From contig CAZTGE010000001.1 in assembly GCA_964612995.1 (NCBI GenBank), positions 15,985 to 79,984 on the forward strand: 64,000 bases of DNA, in the 5' to 3' direction. Shown piece after piece: positions 1 through 11,042 of the stretch. Each line of letters starts with the position of its first letter. Position 1 is the first letter of the stretch. A program made the position numbers and the translations under genes. Source of the stretch: an uncultured candidatus Brocadiaceae bacterium. GTDB lineage: Bacteria; Planctomycetota; UBA11346. The notes beneath the pieces were generated by a model. It was not told the origin of the DNA. It saw only the letters and a program-made list of their open reading frames with translations, and searched no databases.

Positions 1-1221
1 GTCGCCCTGTGCGACAGCAACCCTCTGCGCATGGAGGCGCGCAACCGGCTCTACGCCGAGGAACATGGCGCCGACCCCATCCAGACCTACACCCCCGATC
101 GCTTCGACGCGATGATCGCCGAACAGCGGGTCGACTGCGTCATCGTCACCTCAATCGATCGCACCCATCACCGTTATATCATCCGCGCGATGGAGCTCGG
201 CTGCGACGCGATCACCGAGAAACCGATGACCGTCGACGCCGAGAAATGCCAGGCCATCCTCGACTGCCAACGCCGTACCGGCCGTCGGCTCACCGTCACC
301 TTCAATTACCGCTATTCGCCGCGCAACAGCAAGGTCAAGCAGCTGCTGATGGACGGGGCCATCGGCACAGTCAACTCGGTCCACTTCGAATGGCTGCTCG
401 ACACCCGCCACGGCGCCGACTACTTCCGGCGCTGGCACCGCGACAAGCGCAATTCCGGCGGGCTGATGGTCCACAAATCCACCCATCACTTCGATCTGGT
501 CAACTGGTGGCTGGACTCGACGCCGCGTACCGTGTTCGGTATGGGCGACCTGATGTTCTACGGCCGCGAGAACGCCGAGGCGCGCGGCGTGACCACATTC
601 TACGATCGCGGCACCGACAACCCCAACGCTGCCGGGGATCCCTTCGCCCTCGACCTCCGCTCGGCAGAGAAGCTCGAGCAGCTCTATCTCGACTGCGAAT
701 CGGCCGACGGCTATCGCCGCGACATGTCGGTGTTCGGCGACTGCATCTCGATCGAAGACGACATGGCTGTACTGGTCCGCTACGCCACCGGCGCGACCAT
801 GAGCTACCACCTCACCGCCTACTCGCCGTGGGAGGGCTACCGCGTGGCCTTCAACGGCACGGCCGGCCGACTCGAGTACGAGGTCCACGAGAAGAGTTAC
901 GTCTCCGGCGACGATCAGGACGCCAACCGACCGGACATCCGCGACAGCCGCGAAATCGACATTGAGGAACCCGCCCGGATCCTGGTGCGCCCGCACTGGG
1001 CCAAGCCGATGGAGATCGATGTCGAGATCGCCAAGGGCGGTCACGGCGGCGGCGACGTGCGCCTGCTCGAAGATGTCTTCGGCAAGCGCAAGCCCGATCC
1101 GCTCGGCCGCGCTGCCGACCACATCGATGGCGCGCGTTCGATCCTCACCGGCATCGCGGCCAACCGCAGCTTCGCCACCGGCCTGCCGGTCGAGGTCGAC
1201 AGCCTGGTCCGGCTCGACTGA
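1..1221 (+). CDS. Gfo/Idh/MocA-family NAD(P)-dependent oxidoreductase, 5' end outside window (partial)
   Basis: Reading frame is open from base 1 and stops at 1221. Translation shows the pattern typical of the Gfo/Idh/MocA dehydrogenase C-terminal domain (EKPM, NYRYSP, conserved HF and WL). The first M in the track (31) is internal. Confidence 0.8.
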   Translation, partial: VALCDSNPLRMEARNRLYAEEHGADPIQTYTPDRFDAMIAEQRVDCVIVTSIDRTHHRYIIRAMELGCDAITEKPMTVDAEKCQAILDCQRRTGRRLTVTFNYRYSPRNSKVKQLLMDGAIGTVNSVHFEWLLDTRHGADYFRRWHRDKRNSGGLMVHKSTHHFDLVNWWLDSTPRTVFGMGDLMFYGRENAEARGVTTFYDRGTDNPNAAGDPFALDLRSAEKLEQLYLDCESADGYRRDMSVFGDCISIEDDMAVLVRYATGATMSYHLTAYSPWEGYRVAFNGTAGRLEYEVHEKSYVSGDDQDANRPDIRDSREIDIEEPARILVRPHWAKPMEIDVEIAKGGHGGGDVRLLEDVFGKRKPDPLGRAADHIDGARSILTGIAANRSFATGLPVEVDSLVRLD

Positions 1222-1459
1222 CTGCAGAGGGGGCGCTGCCCCCTCGCGCCTGCGGCGCGTACCCCCACGGCCTCGGTCGTCGCTCGCCAGCTACGCTGGC
1301 GTTCTCGGCGGGCCTGAGGCCCATTTTCGCCGAGAAACGCGCCTCGGTCGGCCGGTCGCACAGCCAAGTTTGGCGGTGCTCCTTCCTGCAGAGGGGGCGC
1401 TGCCCCCTCGCGCCTGCGGCGCGTACCCCCACGGCCTCGGTCGTCGCTCGCCAGCTACG
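1222..1459. repeat. REP-like intergenic repeat family A: two identical 74-bp copies (1222-1295, 1386-1459) in tandem with 164-bp period. Each contains the hairpin GAGGGGGC-GCT-GCCCCCTC.
   Basis: Exact 74-nt duplication visible directly. The 1226-1343 segment is the reverse complement (about 85% identical) of 38706-38817. Related copies occur at 20145-20218 and 44180-44264. Confidence 0.7.
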
Positions 1460-1539
1460 GATGTGCGGCTTCGGCACTTTGCGGTCTCCGCTTCGACTGA
1501 GCCGCGGCTCGCGGCTTGCCGCCGTGGCGCCGACCACGT

Positions 1540-1854
1540 ATGGTCGGTGCCATGGCTGGCTTCCGCTACAAGGCACGCAACCAGAATGGTGAGATCGTCA
1601 CCGGCATCGTCGCTGCCGACGATCTCGAAGCCGCCCGCCTGCGGGTGATCGGGCGGGGGCTCGAGGTGATCACGATCACCCGCCCGGTGCTCAAGCAGGC
1701 CCCGCCGCCGACTGCGCCGCCACCAACGCATCACGCGCGCAACCTGGCCCTGGCGCTGTCCGTGGGGTTGCTGATCGCCGCCGTCGCGCTGCTGTGGCTC
1801 GACCCCTACGACTGGGGCTGGGGCGACGCCCTGCGCACGCGACTCGGTCTCTGA
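1540..1854 (+). CDS. small hypothetical protein: GspF/PilC N-terminal-like cytoplasmic domain plus one TM helix
   Basis: ORF 1516-1854. MAGFRYKARNQNGEIVTGIVAADDLEAARLRVIGRGLEVITI resembles the first cytoplasmic domain of type II secretion / type IV pilus platform proteins. It is followed by a Pro-rich linker and a hydrophobic helix (LALALSVGLLIAAVALLWL). Start ambiguous (GTG 1540 / ATG 1552). Flanked by repeat elements. Confidence 0.4.
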   Translation: MVGAMAGFRYKARNQNGEIVTGIVAADDLEAARLRVIGRGLEVITITRPVLKQAPPPTAPPPTHHARNLALALSVGLLIAAVALLWLDPYDWGWGDALRTRLGL

Positions 1855-1869
1855 AGGCGACCAGAAAGT

Positions 1870-2030
1870 CGTGCCCACCCAAGGGCCCCTGCGCTCCCGC
1901 GCGTCAGGGGCGCAGGGGGCAGCCAGAGGCCCAGGGCGACTCAAAGCTCGCCCCGGGAGCGCCGAGCACCAGGAGTGAAGCAGGTGGAGGCGAGGCATGG
2001 CCCTCATGTGCGAGCTTTGAGCGGCCCTGG
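1870..2030. repeat. MITE-like repeat family B copy 1 (core 1940-2021 bounded by 11-nt terminal inverted repeats CTCAAAGCTCG / CGAGCTTTGAG)
   Basis: About 80% identical to 20247-20392. Shared core GCAGGTGGAGGCGAGGCATGGCCCTCAT(G/T)TGC(G/A)AGCTTTGAG. An upstream hairpin CCCCTGCGC...GCGCAGGGG is also present. Confidence 0.6.
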
Positions 2031-2050
2031 GCCAGAGGGCAGCACACCGA

Positions 2051-3318
2051 TTGACCATGCTCTCGGGCCGGCCTAGCATGAATAGTGGTTCCATGTCGTC
2101 CTCCACGCCTGCATCAGAGTCGTCAACATCCGGCGCCTGGCTCACGCTGGGGCTGATCGCCGGGCTGTTCCTCCTCGCCGCGCTCGGGCTCATCGGCCTG
2201 AGTGCATGGAGCTATGCGCGCACCAGCGCGGCCCTCCAGCACCCGCCGACGGTGTCGGAGCGACTGACCGTGCCTTGCACCCGCGACGGCGAACCCTGGC
2301 GCCTGGGCTGCTACCAGGGCGGCCCCTGGGTGGACTACCCGCTCCACCTCCACGCCGCATTGCTCGGCCTGCGCGATCGCGGCTGGCTGACCTGCAACCC
2401 GCCGACGGGGCCCGCGAGCGTCACCGCGCTGTGGGCCTGGCTCGCCGAACACGAGCGCGGACCCTACCTGCGATTCGTGCCAGCCGCCTGCTGGTCGGCC
2501 GGCTGGCGTGACGAGCAGCGGCGCACCCTGCGTCATGATTGCCTCGAACGCCTGCGCGCCGGCGAGCTCGATCTGGTGTTGGCGCTCGGCACCTGGGCCG
2601 GAGAGGACCTGGCCGTGGACGAGCACCGCACGCCGGTGGTCCTGCTTTCCGCCAGTGATCCCATCGCCGCCGGCATCGTCTCGCGCGATCCCACCGCCGA
2701 CCTGCCCCACGTCCACGCGATCCGCGATCCGGAACGCTACTACCGTCAGGCGAGCGTTTTTCACGACCTGATCGGCTTTCAGCGCCTGGGCGTGGTCTAC
2801 GACCCTTCGGCGGCGGGTCGCGTCTGGAGCAACCTGCCGGACCTCGAGCGTCTCGCCGCCGAGCGCGGCTTCGATCTTATCACCACAGCGGTGAGCGATG
2901 TCGACGCCTCGCTACCGCAGATCATCGCGTCGACCCACGACGCGTTTGCAGAGCTCGCACCCCGGGTCGACGCGGTGTGGATGGGGGCACACCAAGGCCA
3001 GAGCCCCGAGGCCCTGCCGCAGGTCATCGCCCCCCTGCTCGCAGCCCGCCTGCCCACCTGGGCCCAACAGGGGCGATGTGCGGTGGCCCAAGGGGTTCTG
3101 CTCGGCGCCGACGAGCGCAATCTGGCCCAGACCGGGCGCATCTACGCCACCGGCATCGCCGCCATGCTCAACGGGGCGGACGCGCGCCAGCTACCGCAGA
3201 TCTACATCGACCCCTGCCGCCTGGTGATCAACCATCAGGTCGCCGAACGCATCGGCTTCACCATCCCCAGCGCTCTGGCCGCGGTCGCCGACAGCCATCC
3301 GGACCCGGAGCGCCAGCA

Positions 3319-3322
<4 letters not shown>
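2051..3322 (+). CDS. periplasmic substrate-binding-like protein (ABC_sub_bind / PF04392-like), probable sensor partner of the downstream histidine kinase
   Basis: N-terminal hydrophobic anchor (WLTLGLIAGLFLLAALGLIGL). Body has the pattern of the uncharacterised ABC periplasmic component family (DLVLALGTWAG, VVLLSASDPIAAGIV). Stop overlaps the GTG start of the kinase (GTGA). True start could be ATG 2078 or 2093. Confidence 0.6.
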
Positions 3323-5559
<2,237 letters not shown>

Positions 5560-5605
5560 GCAGGTGGGACGAGTCCGACGGCCAGCAGCGCCCCGCGTGC
5601 CGTGC

Positions 5606-8338
5606 TCAGCGGCGCCGACGCAATTGGCGCAGGGCGTCGTGCAGACCGCCGCCGAGGCCCTCAGGCGGGGCAGCGGGATCCGCCTCGCTCGCTGGAACGT
5701 GCGGCGGTGGCTCGGAACCCACCGATCGCTTGGCCGGTGCCGCCGCATCCTCAGCGACCACGGAGCGCCGCCGCAGGCGCGGCTGCAGGCGCAGCCGACG
5801 CTGGAGCACCTCGCCGACCGCGCAGGCTAGGGCGAGGGCCACCAGCAAGGGGGCGAGGTCGACGGCGCGGCCAGGGCTGGGCGGGTTGGCGAAGACGTCG
5901 AGCAGATCGCTGCGCTCGTTGCCTCCGCTGAGCGTGGCGATGTTCTCGAGCACGGCGGTCCCGGGCGGCCGGCCGTAGCGCGGACGAGCCTCCGGCGAGT
6001 AGGGCAGGACCTGGGCCGCGCCGAGCAGGGCGCTGGTGCCGTCGCCCTGCGCGAGCGCGACCGAGGGCAGGACGGGGTCGCTGCCATCGAGGCGCCAGGT
6101 TGCCGCGTAGACGCCGTCCTCGACCGGAAGCATGGCGAGGGAGCGCGCCTCGCCGCCGGCGCCGACCAGGACCAGATCCGGCGCCGCCGCCGGCCAGTGC
6201 TCGCGGCGCGCGGGATCGAGCTCGAGCGTCGTGGTGACACTGCGACCGAGGCGCTGTGACCGCAGCGAACCGATGTCCGCCTCGTCGGTGCCGGCGCACC
6301 AGCGGGTGATGCCGGCGACCAGCGGCACGTAGCCGGACCAGTCGAGCAGCTCGCCGCTCTCCGTGCCGTCGACCTCCACCGCCACCGCCGCACTGCGACC
6401 GGTGCCGATGCGCCAGCTGGCCACTGCCGGACCGGGCGGGTCGCCAGGCGCGTGGACCAGGGTATCGGCGCGCGGGCGGGCGTAGATCATGTTGTAGCCC
6501 GCCACCGCGGGCCAGCTGTGCTCCCAGGCATCGTGGCGGCCGAGCACCGCGAGCAGCCGCGGGTCGGGACGCAGACGCACCGTCTCGTCGACCCAGGCGC
6601 TACGGGCGACCAGCACCGTCTCCTGGGCGAACAGCCGCGGCAGTTCGACCGCGGTGTCGGCGAAGTGACAACGCCCACCGCCGAGCTTGGCGATCTCGCG
6701 CAACAGGCCGGCATCGCTGTCGGCGGGGGTGCCAAGGCCGATGACCGAAACGGTGATTCCCGCGGCCGCGAAATCGGCGAGCAGTCTGCGGAAAGCGCCG
6801 GGCTGCTCGGCGTCGTTGGCATCGGCGAACAGGACCAGGTGGCGTGTGCCCTTGGACGAACGCAGCAGCTGCTGACCGCCGGCCTCCAGGCCGACCTCGA
6901 CGAAGATCCCGCCGCCCATGCTCTCGATCGACCGGATCATCGCCGCCGCGCTGGCCTGGTCTCTCAGCGCGCCCATGGGGATGACCAGGTGGGGGCTGGA
7001 GTCGACCGCGATCACCGCGGCATCATCGAGCGGGGAGAGCAGTTCGAGCGCGGCGACCGCGCCCGCGTTGGCGAGATCCATCTTGGTCCGCGGACCGCCG
7101 CCGACCGGCATCGCCATCGAACCCGAACGGTCGAGCACCATGGCCAGGGCGAGCGAGAGCTTGCGATGCTCGTCGCGCAACTCGAGGGTCACTGGCAACA
7201 CCGGCTCGACCGGGCTGCGGTGATAGCCGCCACTGCCGAAACTGCGCCGGCCGCCGGTGAGCACCAGCCCCCCGCCGAGGTGTTCGACCCAGGCCGCGAG
7301 CTCCTCCATGCCCCGCCGCCCCAGCGCGGAGGCGGGCACCTGTTCGAGCACCGCCACACGACAACCGAGCAGGTCGGCGAGTCCGACCCGCCCCTCGCTC
7401 ACGCAGACCACCGCCATGCCCGCGGCGCGCAGCGCGCGGGCGAGATTGCCCGGCTCGCCGGTCCCGCCCATCACCAGCACCCGCTCGCCGGGGCGCACCC
7501 GCAGCGCGGCCCGGGCGCGGTTGTTGTCGCTGCGGGCGTCATCGACGTCCTCGAGTTCAACGGTGTAGCGGGTCAGCCCGGGGCTGGTCGGGCGATCGGC
7601 GAAATCGATCACCGCCACCCGCCCGGGTTCGAGTTCGACCGACCCGGTGGCGATCTCAGTCCGTCCGCGCAGCACCCGCCAGCTCCGGGTCTCTCGCCGG
7701 TCCGAGATCAGCCGCGCGGCGCCGATGAAACTCTCGCCCAGCCTCAACAGCTCGGGCAGCTCCACGTCGACAACTGCAGCGTCGACTTCGCCGCGCCGGG
7801 GGACGCTGAGCACGTCGACCGGAATACCGCGGTACGCCAGACCGGCGGCGGCACCGCGCGGATCGCGTCCGGTGTGCTCGCCGTCGCTATGGACCACCAC
7901 CCGCCCGCTGCGGCCGCGTCCGATCAGCGAACTGGCCGCCCGCAATCCGGCCGCGAGCGCGGTGCCATCGGGGCCGACAGGCTGCTCGGTCAGGCGCACG
8001 GAGCCCTCGGCCACCGGGGCCATCGCCACCTGGGCCTGCTCGCCCACCACCACCACCGCGAGACGGTCGCCGCTTGCACGTTGGCGCGCCACCAGTTCGA
8101 CCAGCTCCTGCTGCTCGCCGCGCTCCGGGCCCATCGATCCGGAGCGGTCGAGCACCAGGACCACGTCGCTGCCGCCGCGCAGCGCGGCCGTACGCGGACC
8201 GGCTGCGGCGAGCACCAACAGCGAGAGCACTGCCGCCTCCAGCCACCGGGCCGGTCGCGTACGGCAGCACACCCACCATACCAGAGCGGCGGGCAGGGCC
8301 AGGACCAGGGCCTCGGGATAGACCAGGATGGGGATCAT
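5606..8338 (-). CDS. large membrane-anchored protein with two von Willebrand factor A domains (BatA/BatB-like)
   Basis: Two MIDAS motifs (VVLVLDRSGSMG and LAMVLDRSGSMAMP) and an N-terminal hydrophobic segment. Last gene of the MoxR/DUF58/VWA operon. Its start overlaps the stop of the upstream gene. Confidence 0.8.
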   Translation of the reverse strand: MIPILVYPEALVLALPAALVWWVCCRTRPARWLEAAVLSLLVLAAAGPRTAALRGGSDVVLVLDRSGSMGPERGEQQELVELVARQRASGDRLAVVVVGEQAQVAMAPVAEGSVRLTEQPVGPDGTALAAGLRAASSLIGRGRSGRVVVHSDGEHTGRDPRGAAAGLAYRGIPVDVLSVPRRGEVDAAVVDVELPELLRLGESFIGAARLISDRRETRSWRVLRGRTEIATGSVELEPGRVAVIDFADRPTSPGLTRYTVELEDVDDARSDNNRARAALRVRPGERVLVMGGTGEPGNLARALRAAGMAVVCVSEGRVGLADLLGCRVAVLEQVPASALGRRGMEELAAWVEHLGGGLVLTGGRRSFGSGGYHRSPVEPVLPVTLELRDEHRKLSLALAMVLDRSGSMAMPVGGGPRTKMDLANAGAVAALELLSPLDDAAVIAVDSSPHLVIPMGALRDQASAAAMIRSIESMGGGIFVEVGLEAGGQQLLRSSKGTRHLVLFADANDAEQPGAFRRLLADFAAAGITVSVIGLGTPADSDAGLLREIAKLGGGRCHFADTAVELPRLFAQETVLVARSAWVDETVRLRPDPRLLAVLGRHDAWEHSWPAVAGYNMIYARPRADTLVHAPGDPPGPAVASWRIGTGRSAAVAVEVDGTESGELLDWSGYVPLVAGITRWCAGTDEADIGSLRSQRLGRSVTTTLELDPARREHWPAAAPDLVLVGAGGEARSLAMLPVEDGVYAATWRLDGSDPVLPSVALAQGDGTSALLGAAQVLPYSPEARPRYGRPPGTAVLENIATLSGGNERSDLLDVFANPPSPGRAVDLAPLLVALALACAVGEVLQRRLRLQPRLRRRSVVAEDAAAPAKRSVGSEPPPHVPASEADPAAPPEGLGGGLHDALRQLRRRR

Positions 8339-10122
8339 CGAGCGCCCTCCTCGCGCACGAACACCACCCAGGCGGCACTCGCGGCGCCGGCGGCGAGCAA
8401 CAGCGGCAGCAGATGGGCGAAGATCCCCCGTCGGCGTTCCACCTGCGAGCGCTCGCCGAGCTCACCGCTTGGATCGGCGCGGCGGCAGTCGCTGCAGTCG
8501 GCCAGCCGCGAATCCAGACTCAGCGCCCGGACCGTGGTCCAGGGCTGATCGGGATCATGACGCAGCTCCCAGGTGCCGGCCTGTTCGAGCCCCGGCACCG
8601 TCACCCGCCGTTCGCGGTCGGCCGGCAGGACACTGCTGCTGCCATCGGGCGCGAACAGGTGCAGCCGCCGCGCCCCGCGCGGCAGGGTCAGCGAAAAGCC
8701 CTGACCCACGAGCAGGTTGCGCCGCTCGGGTCCGGGCAGACGCGAGCGGGCCAGGCGCAGGGCGTTGTCGACCAGCGCCGGCCAGACCGGGTGGCGCACC
8801 AGTCCGGAGTGTTCGAGATCGCAGTGCAGGGCGAAGCCGCGGGGCCGTTGCGAGAGCAGCACCTGCTCGCCGGCGAGCAGCAGGCTGTCGCTCGCCGCCA
8901 CCGCGTGCGCGGGGACCCCGCCCTGCCAGATGCAGCCGGTGAAGTCGAGGTCGCGCAGCAGCGGGTGCCCCCCACGCCGCAGGAAGGGGCCGACCACCGG
9001 GGCGCCGTCACCGGGAGCGAAGCGCCACACCACCGCGTCGCTCGCCGCCGGCTCTGCCGCTCCGGCGACCACCGCCAGGTCGGCGGTGGCGGGATCGCCG
9101 ACCAGTTCGGCCCCAGACGCGGCCGCGACCGCGCGGCGCAGCGGATCGCTTGCGGACTCGGGCAACGCGACGTGAACGCGGATGTCCGCACGCACCGGCG
9201 GCAGCAGCACCACCCGGTCGTCGAGCGCGAGCGGATCGTCACCGAGCAGCACCGCCTCGAGCTGCAGATGATCACCGGGTGGTATCGGCAACACCACCAG
9301 ATCGGGTGCGGCCGGATCGAGCGCGATGCGGGCGCGAGAGAGGACCGCGCCATTGGCGTCGCGCAACTCCAGCTCACGCTGACGCGGCTGACCGCCGGCG
9401 GCGAACACCCGCAGCGCCAGGCGTTCGGGGCGCTCGCCCGCGGCCGGCAGCCAGCGCGCAGCCGCGAAGCCGTCGGTGGGCACCGCCTGGCCGCGCAGCA
9501 GCAGCGCGACGTCGAGATCGGTCTGCGTGGGCGGCGCATCGCTGGCCCACAGCACCCGGCCTGCACCGCCGCTGCCGGCGAGCAGGCGCGCGGCGAGTGT
9601 GAAGGCCGGGGCCGGGTCGTGCCGTGGCGCGCGCGCCTGCCAGTCATCCAGCGCCGCGCGGGCATCGCTCGGCGGCGCCGCCGGGCCGGCGAGCACGGTT
9701 GGCGGGGTGCCGGTGAGGATCAGGCTAACGCGGTCGTCGCGCTCGAGCCGGGCGAGCTGGGCGTCGAGCGCCTCGCGCAGGCGGACAAGCGCGCTGGGCG
9801 CCTCACCCGGTGCGGTCTGCAGACGCCAGCGGGTATCGCAGACCACTACCAGATGGCGTCGGTGTTCGCGATCGGTCAGGTGTGGATCGCTCAGATACCA
9901 GGTCAGCGCCAGGACCGCGAGCAGTTCGAGCCACAGGCTCGCGCGGTTGCGGATGGACTGCCGCTGGCGCCCGGCCGCCGGATGCGGGTCCGCTCCACCC
10001 CAGAGCCAGATGGCCGAGACCGGATGCGAGCGGAAGCGACGCCGGAACAGGTGGATCGCGAGGATCGCCGGAATCGCCAGCAAGGCGAGCAGCCCCCAGG
10101 GGTTGCCGAGGATCATCGGCAT
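8335..10122 (-). CDS. BatA N-terminal-domain membrane protein (aerotolerance-regulator-like N-domain, C-terminal TM)
   Basis: N-terminus MPMILGNPWGLLALLAIPAILAIHLFRRR is the characteristic BatA_N double-TM motif. The C-terminal hydrophobic helix is LLPLLLAAGAASAAWVVFV. The expected DxSxS MIDAS appears degenerate (VVVCDTRWR). Confidence 0.7.
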   Translation of the reverse strand: MPMILGNPWGLLALLAIPAILAIHLFRRRFRSHPVSAIWLWGGADPHPAAGRQRQSIRNRASLWLELLAVLALTWYLSDPHLTDREHRRHLVVVCDTRWRLQTAPGEAPSALVRLREALDAQLARLERDDRVSLILTGTPPTVLAGPAAPPSDARAALDDWQARAPRHDPAPAFTLAARLLAGSGGAGRVLWASDAPPTQTDLDVALLLRGQAVPTDGFAAARWLPAAGERPERLALRVFAAGGQPRQRELELRDANGAVLSRARIALDPAAPDLVVLPIPPGDHLQLEAVLLGDDPLALDDRVVLLPPVRADIRVHVALPESASDPLRRAVAAASGAELVGDPATADLAVVAGAAEPAASDAVVWRFAPGDGAPVVGPFLRRGGHPLLRDLDFTGCIWQGGVPAHAVAASDSLLLAGEQVLLSQRPRGFALHCDLEHSGLVRHPVWPALVDNALRLARSRLPGPERRNLLVGQGFSLTLPRGARRLHLFAPDGSSSVLPADRERRVTVPGLEQAGTWELRHDPDQPWTTVRALSLDSRLADCSDCRRADPSGELGERSQVERRRGIFAHLLPLLLAAGAASAAWVVFVREEGAR

Positions 10123-10174
10123 CCCCCTGCGATCCGGGGACCACCGGCCGTCACGCTGCGGCTGCGTTCATGGC

Positions 10175-11035
10175 TCATCGGCCCACCTCCGGGCGTACCA
10201 GCCCACGCCGTACCAGGGCGGCGACGGCAGCCTCGAGCCCGTCCTCGGCGCGCAGGGTCACCAGGCCGATGCCACGACCGGCCAGCGCCTGTTGCCAGCC
10301 GGCCTGGTGACGGTCGAGCCGCTCGCGATAGGCGGCGATCGCTGCGGCATCGACCACCCGGTCTGCTGCCCCGCCTTCCGGATCCTCCAGGCGCAGGAGC
10401 CCGGTAACGCTGGGGTCGCGCTCTTCGCGGCTGAGCACCTGCACCAGGCAGATGCTGCCGGCTTCGGCACCGAGCCGGCGCACCACCGCGGGGCCACCCT
10501 CACGGCACAGACCATCCGAGACCAGGATCCGCTCGCCCGCCGGCGCCAGTCGCGGCGTCGGCGCGGTGGCCAGGCCGCCGGCGCCGGCACAGGGCTGATC
10601 GCCGAGCACCGGTCGCCAGTCGCCGCGACCGCCGCCGACGAGCGGTCGCCAGGCGTCTCCCGCCGCAAACAGCCGGACGCGATCGCCGGCGCGCTGCGCG
10701 AGCGTGGTGAACAGCGCCGCGAGGGTCGCGGCGAGCTCCATCTTCTGCGGGGTCAAGGCCATGCTCGCGGAGGTGTCGAGCAGAACCTCGACCCGCGGCG
10801 CAACCTCCTGGCGATAGCGCCGCAACACCAGCTGATCGCTGCGCGCGAGGACGTTCCAGTCGAGGTGACGCAGGTCGTCGCCGGGCATGTAGGCGCGATG
10901 ATCGTGGAACTCGACCGAGGCGCCCGCGCCGGCGCCGAGGCGGTCGCCGGCGCCGTGCCGCCGCCGCCGCGGATCGAGGCACAGGCACAGGGCCGCGGCC
11001 CGGGCGTCGACTGCCGTCCGGTTCCATGCCACCAT
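10175..11035 (-). CDS. DUF58-family protein (MoxR-associated), short variant
   Basis: EFHDHRAYMPGDDLRHLDWN matches the DUF58 signature (E-F-x-x-x-R-x-Y-x-PGDD-x-R-x-IDW). It sits immediately downstream of the ABC permease in the same operon. Confidence 0.75.
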   Translation of the reverse strand: MVAWNRTAVDARAAALCLCLDPRRRRHGAGDRLGAGAGASVEFHDHRAYMPGDDLRHLDWNVLARSDQLVLRRYRQEVAPRVEVLLDTSASMALTPQKMELAATLAALFTTLAQRAGDRVRLFAAGDAWRPLVGGGRGDWRPVLGDQPCAGAGGLATAPTPRLAPAGERILVSDGLCREGGPAVVRRLGAEAGSICLVQVLSREERDPSVTGLLRLEDPEGGAADRVVDAAAIAAYRERLDRHQAGWQQALAGRGIGLVTLRAEDGLEAAVAALVRRGLVRPEVGR

Positions 11036-11042
11036 CGCGACC

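Noticed and set aside
9-965. 318-aa ORF in an alternative frame of the Gfo/Idh/MocA gene
   Set aside because: Arg/Pro/His-rich nonsense translation. The frame starting at base 1 carries the oxidoreductase motifs.
2000-2030. Mini-ORF MALMCEL inside the family B repeat (GGAGGCGAGGCATGGCCCTCATGTGCGAGCTTTGA)
   Set aside because: Only 7 codons, and it recurs as part of a repeat. More likely an accidental RBS/ATG in a mobile element than a peptide gene.
1222-2040. CRISPR array
   Set aside because: The repeats are 74 bp or longer, irregularly spaced, contain long palindromes, and recur at distant intergenic sites. That is a REP/MITE pattern, not 28-37-bp evenly spaced CRISPR repeats, and no cas genes are present.
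2977-3318. Upstream extension of the histidine kinase ORF to 2977
   Set aside because: It overlaps the 3' third of the binding-protein gene in another frame. The first plausible start is GTG 3319, which overlaps that gene's stop.
6452-10407. Long plus-strand ORFs (698 aa at 6452-8548, 777 aa at 8074-10407) opposite the VWA and BatA genes
   Set aside because: Arg/Gly/Ala/Pro-rich low-complexity translations typical of antisense frames in 70% GC DNA. The minus-strand genes have clear domain motifs (MIDAS, BatA_N).
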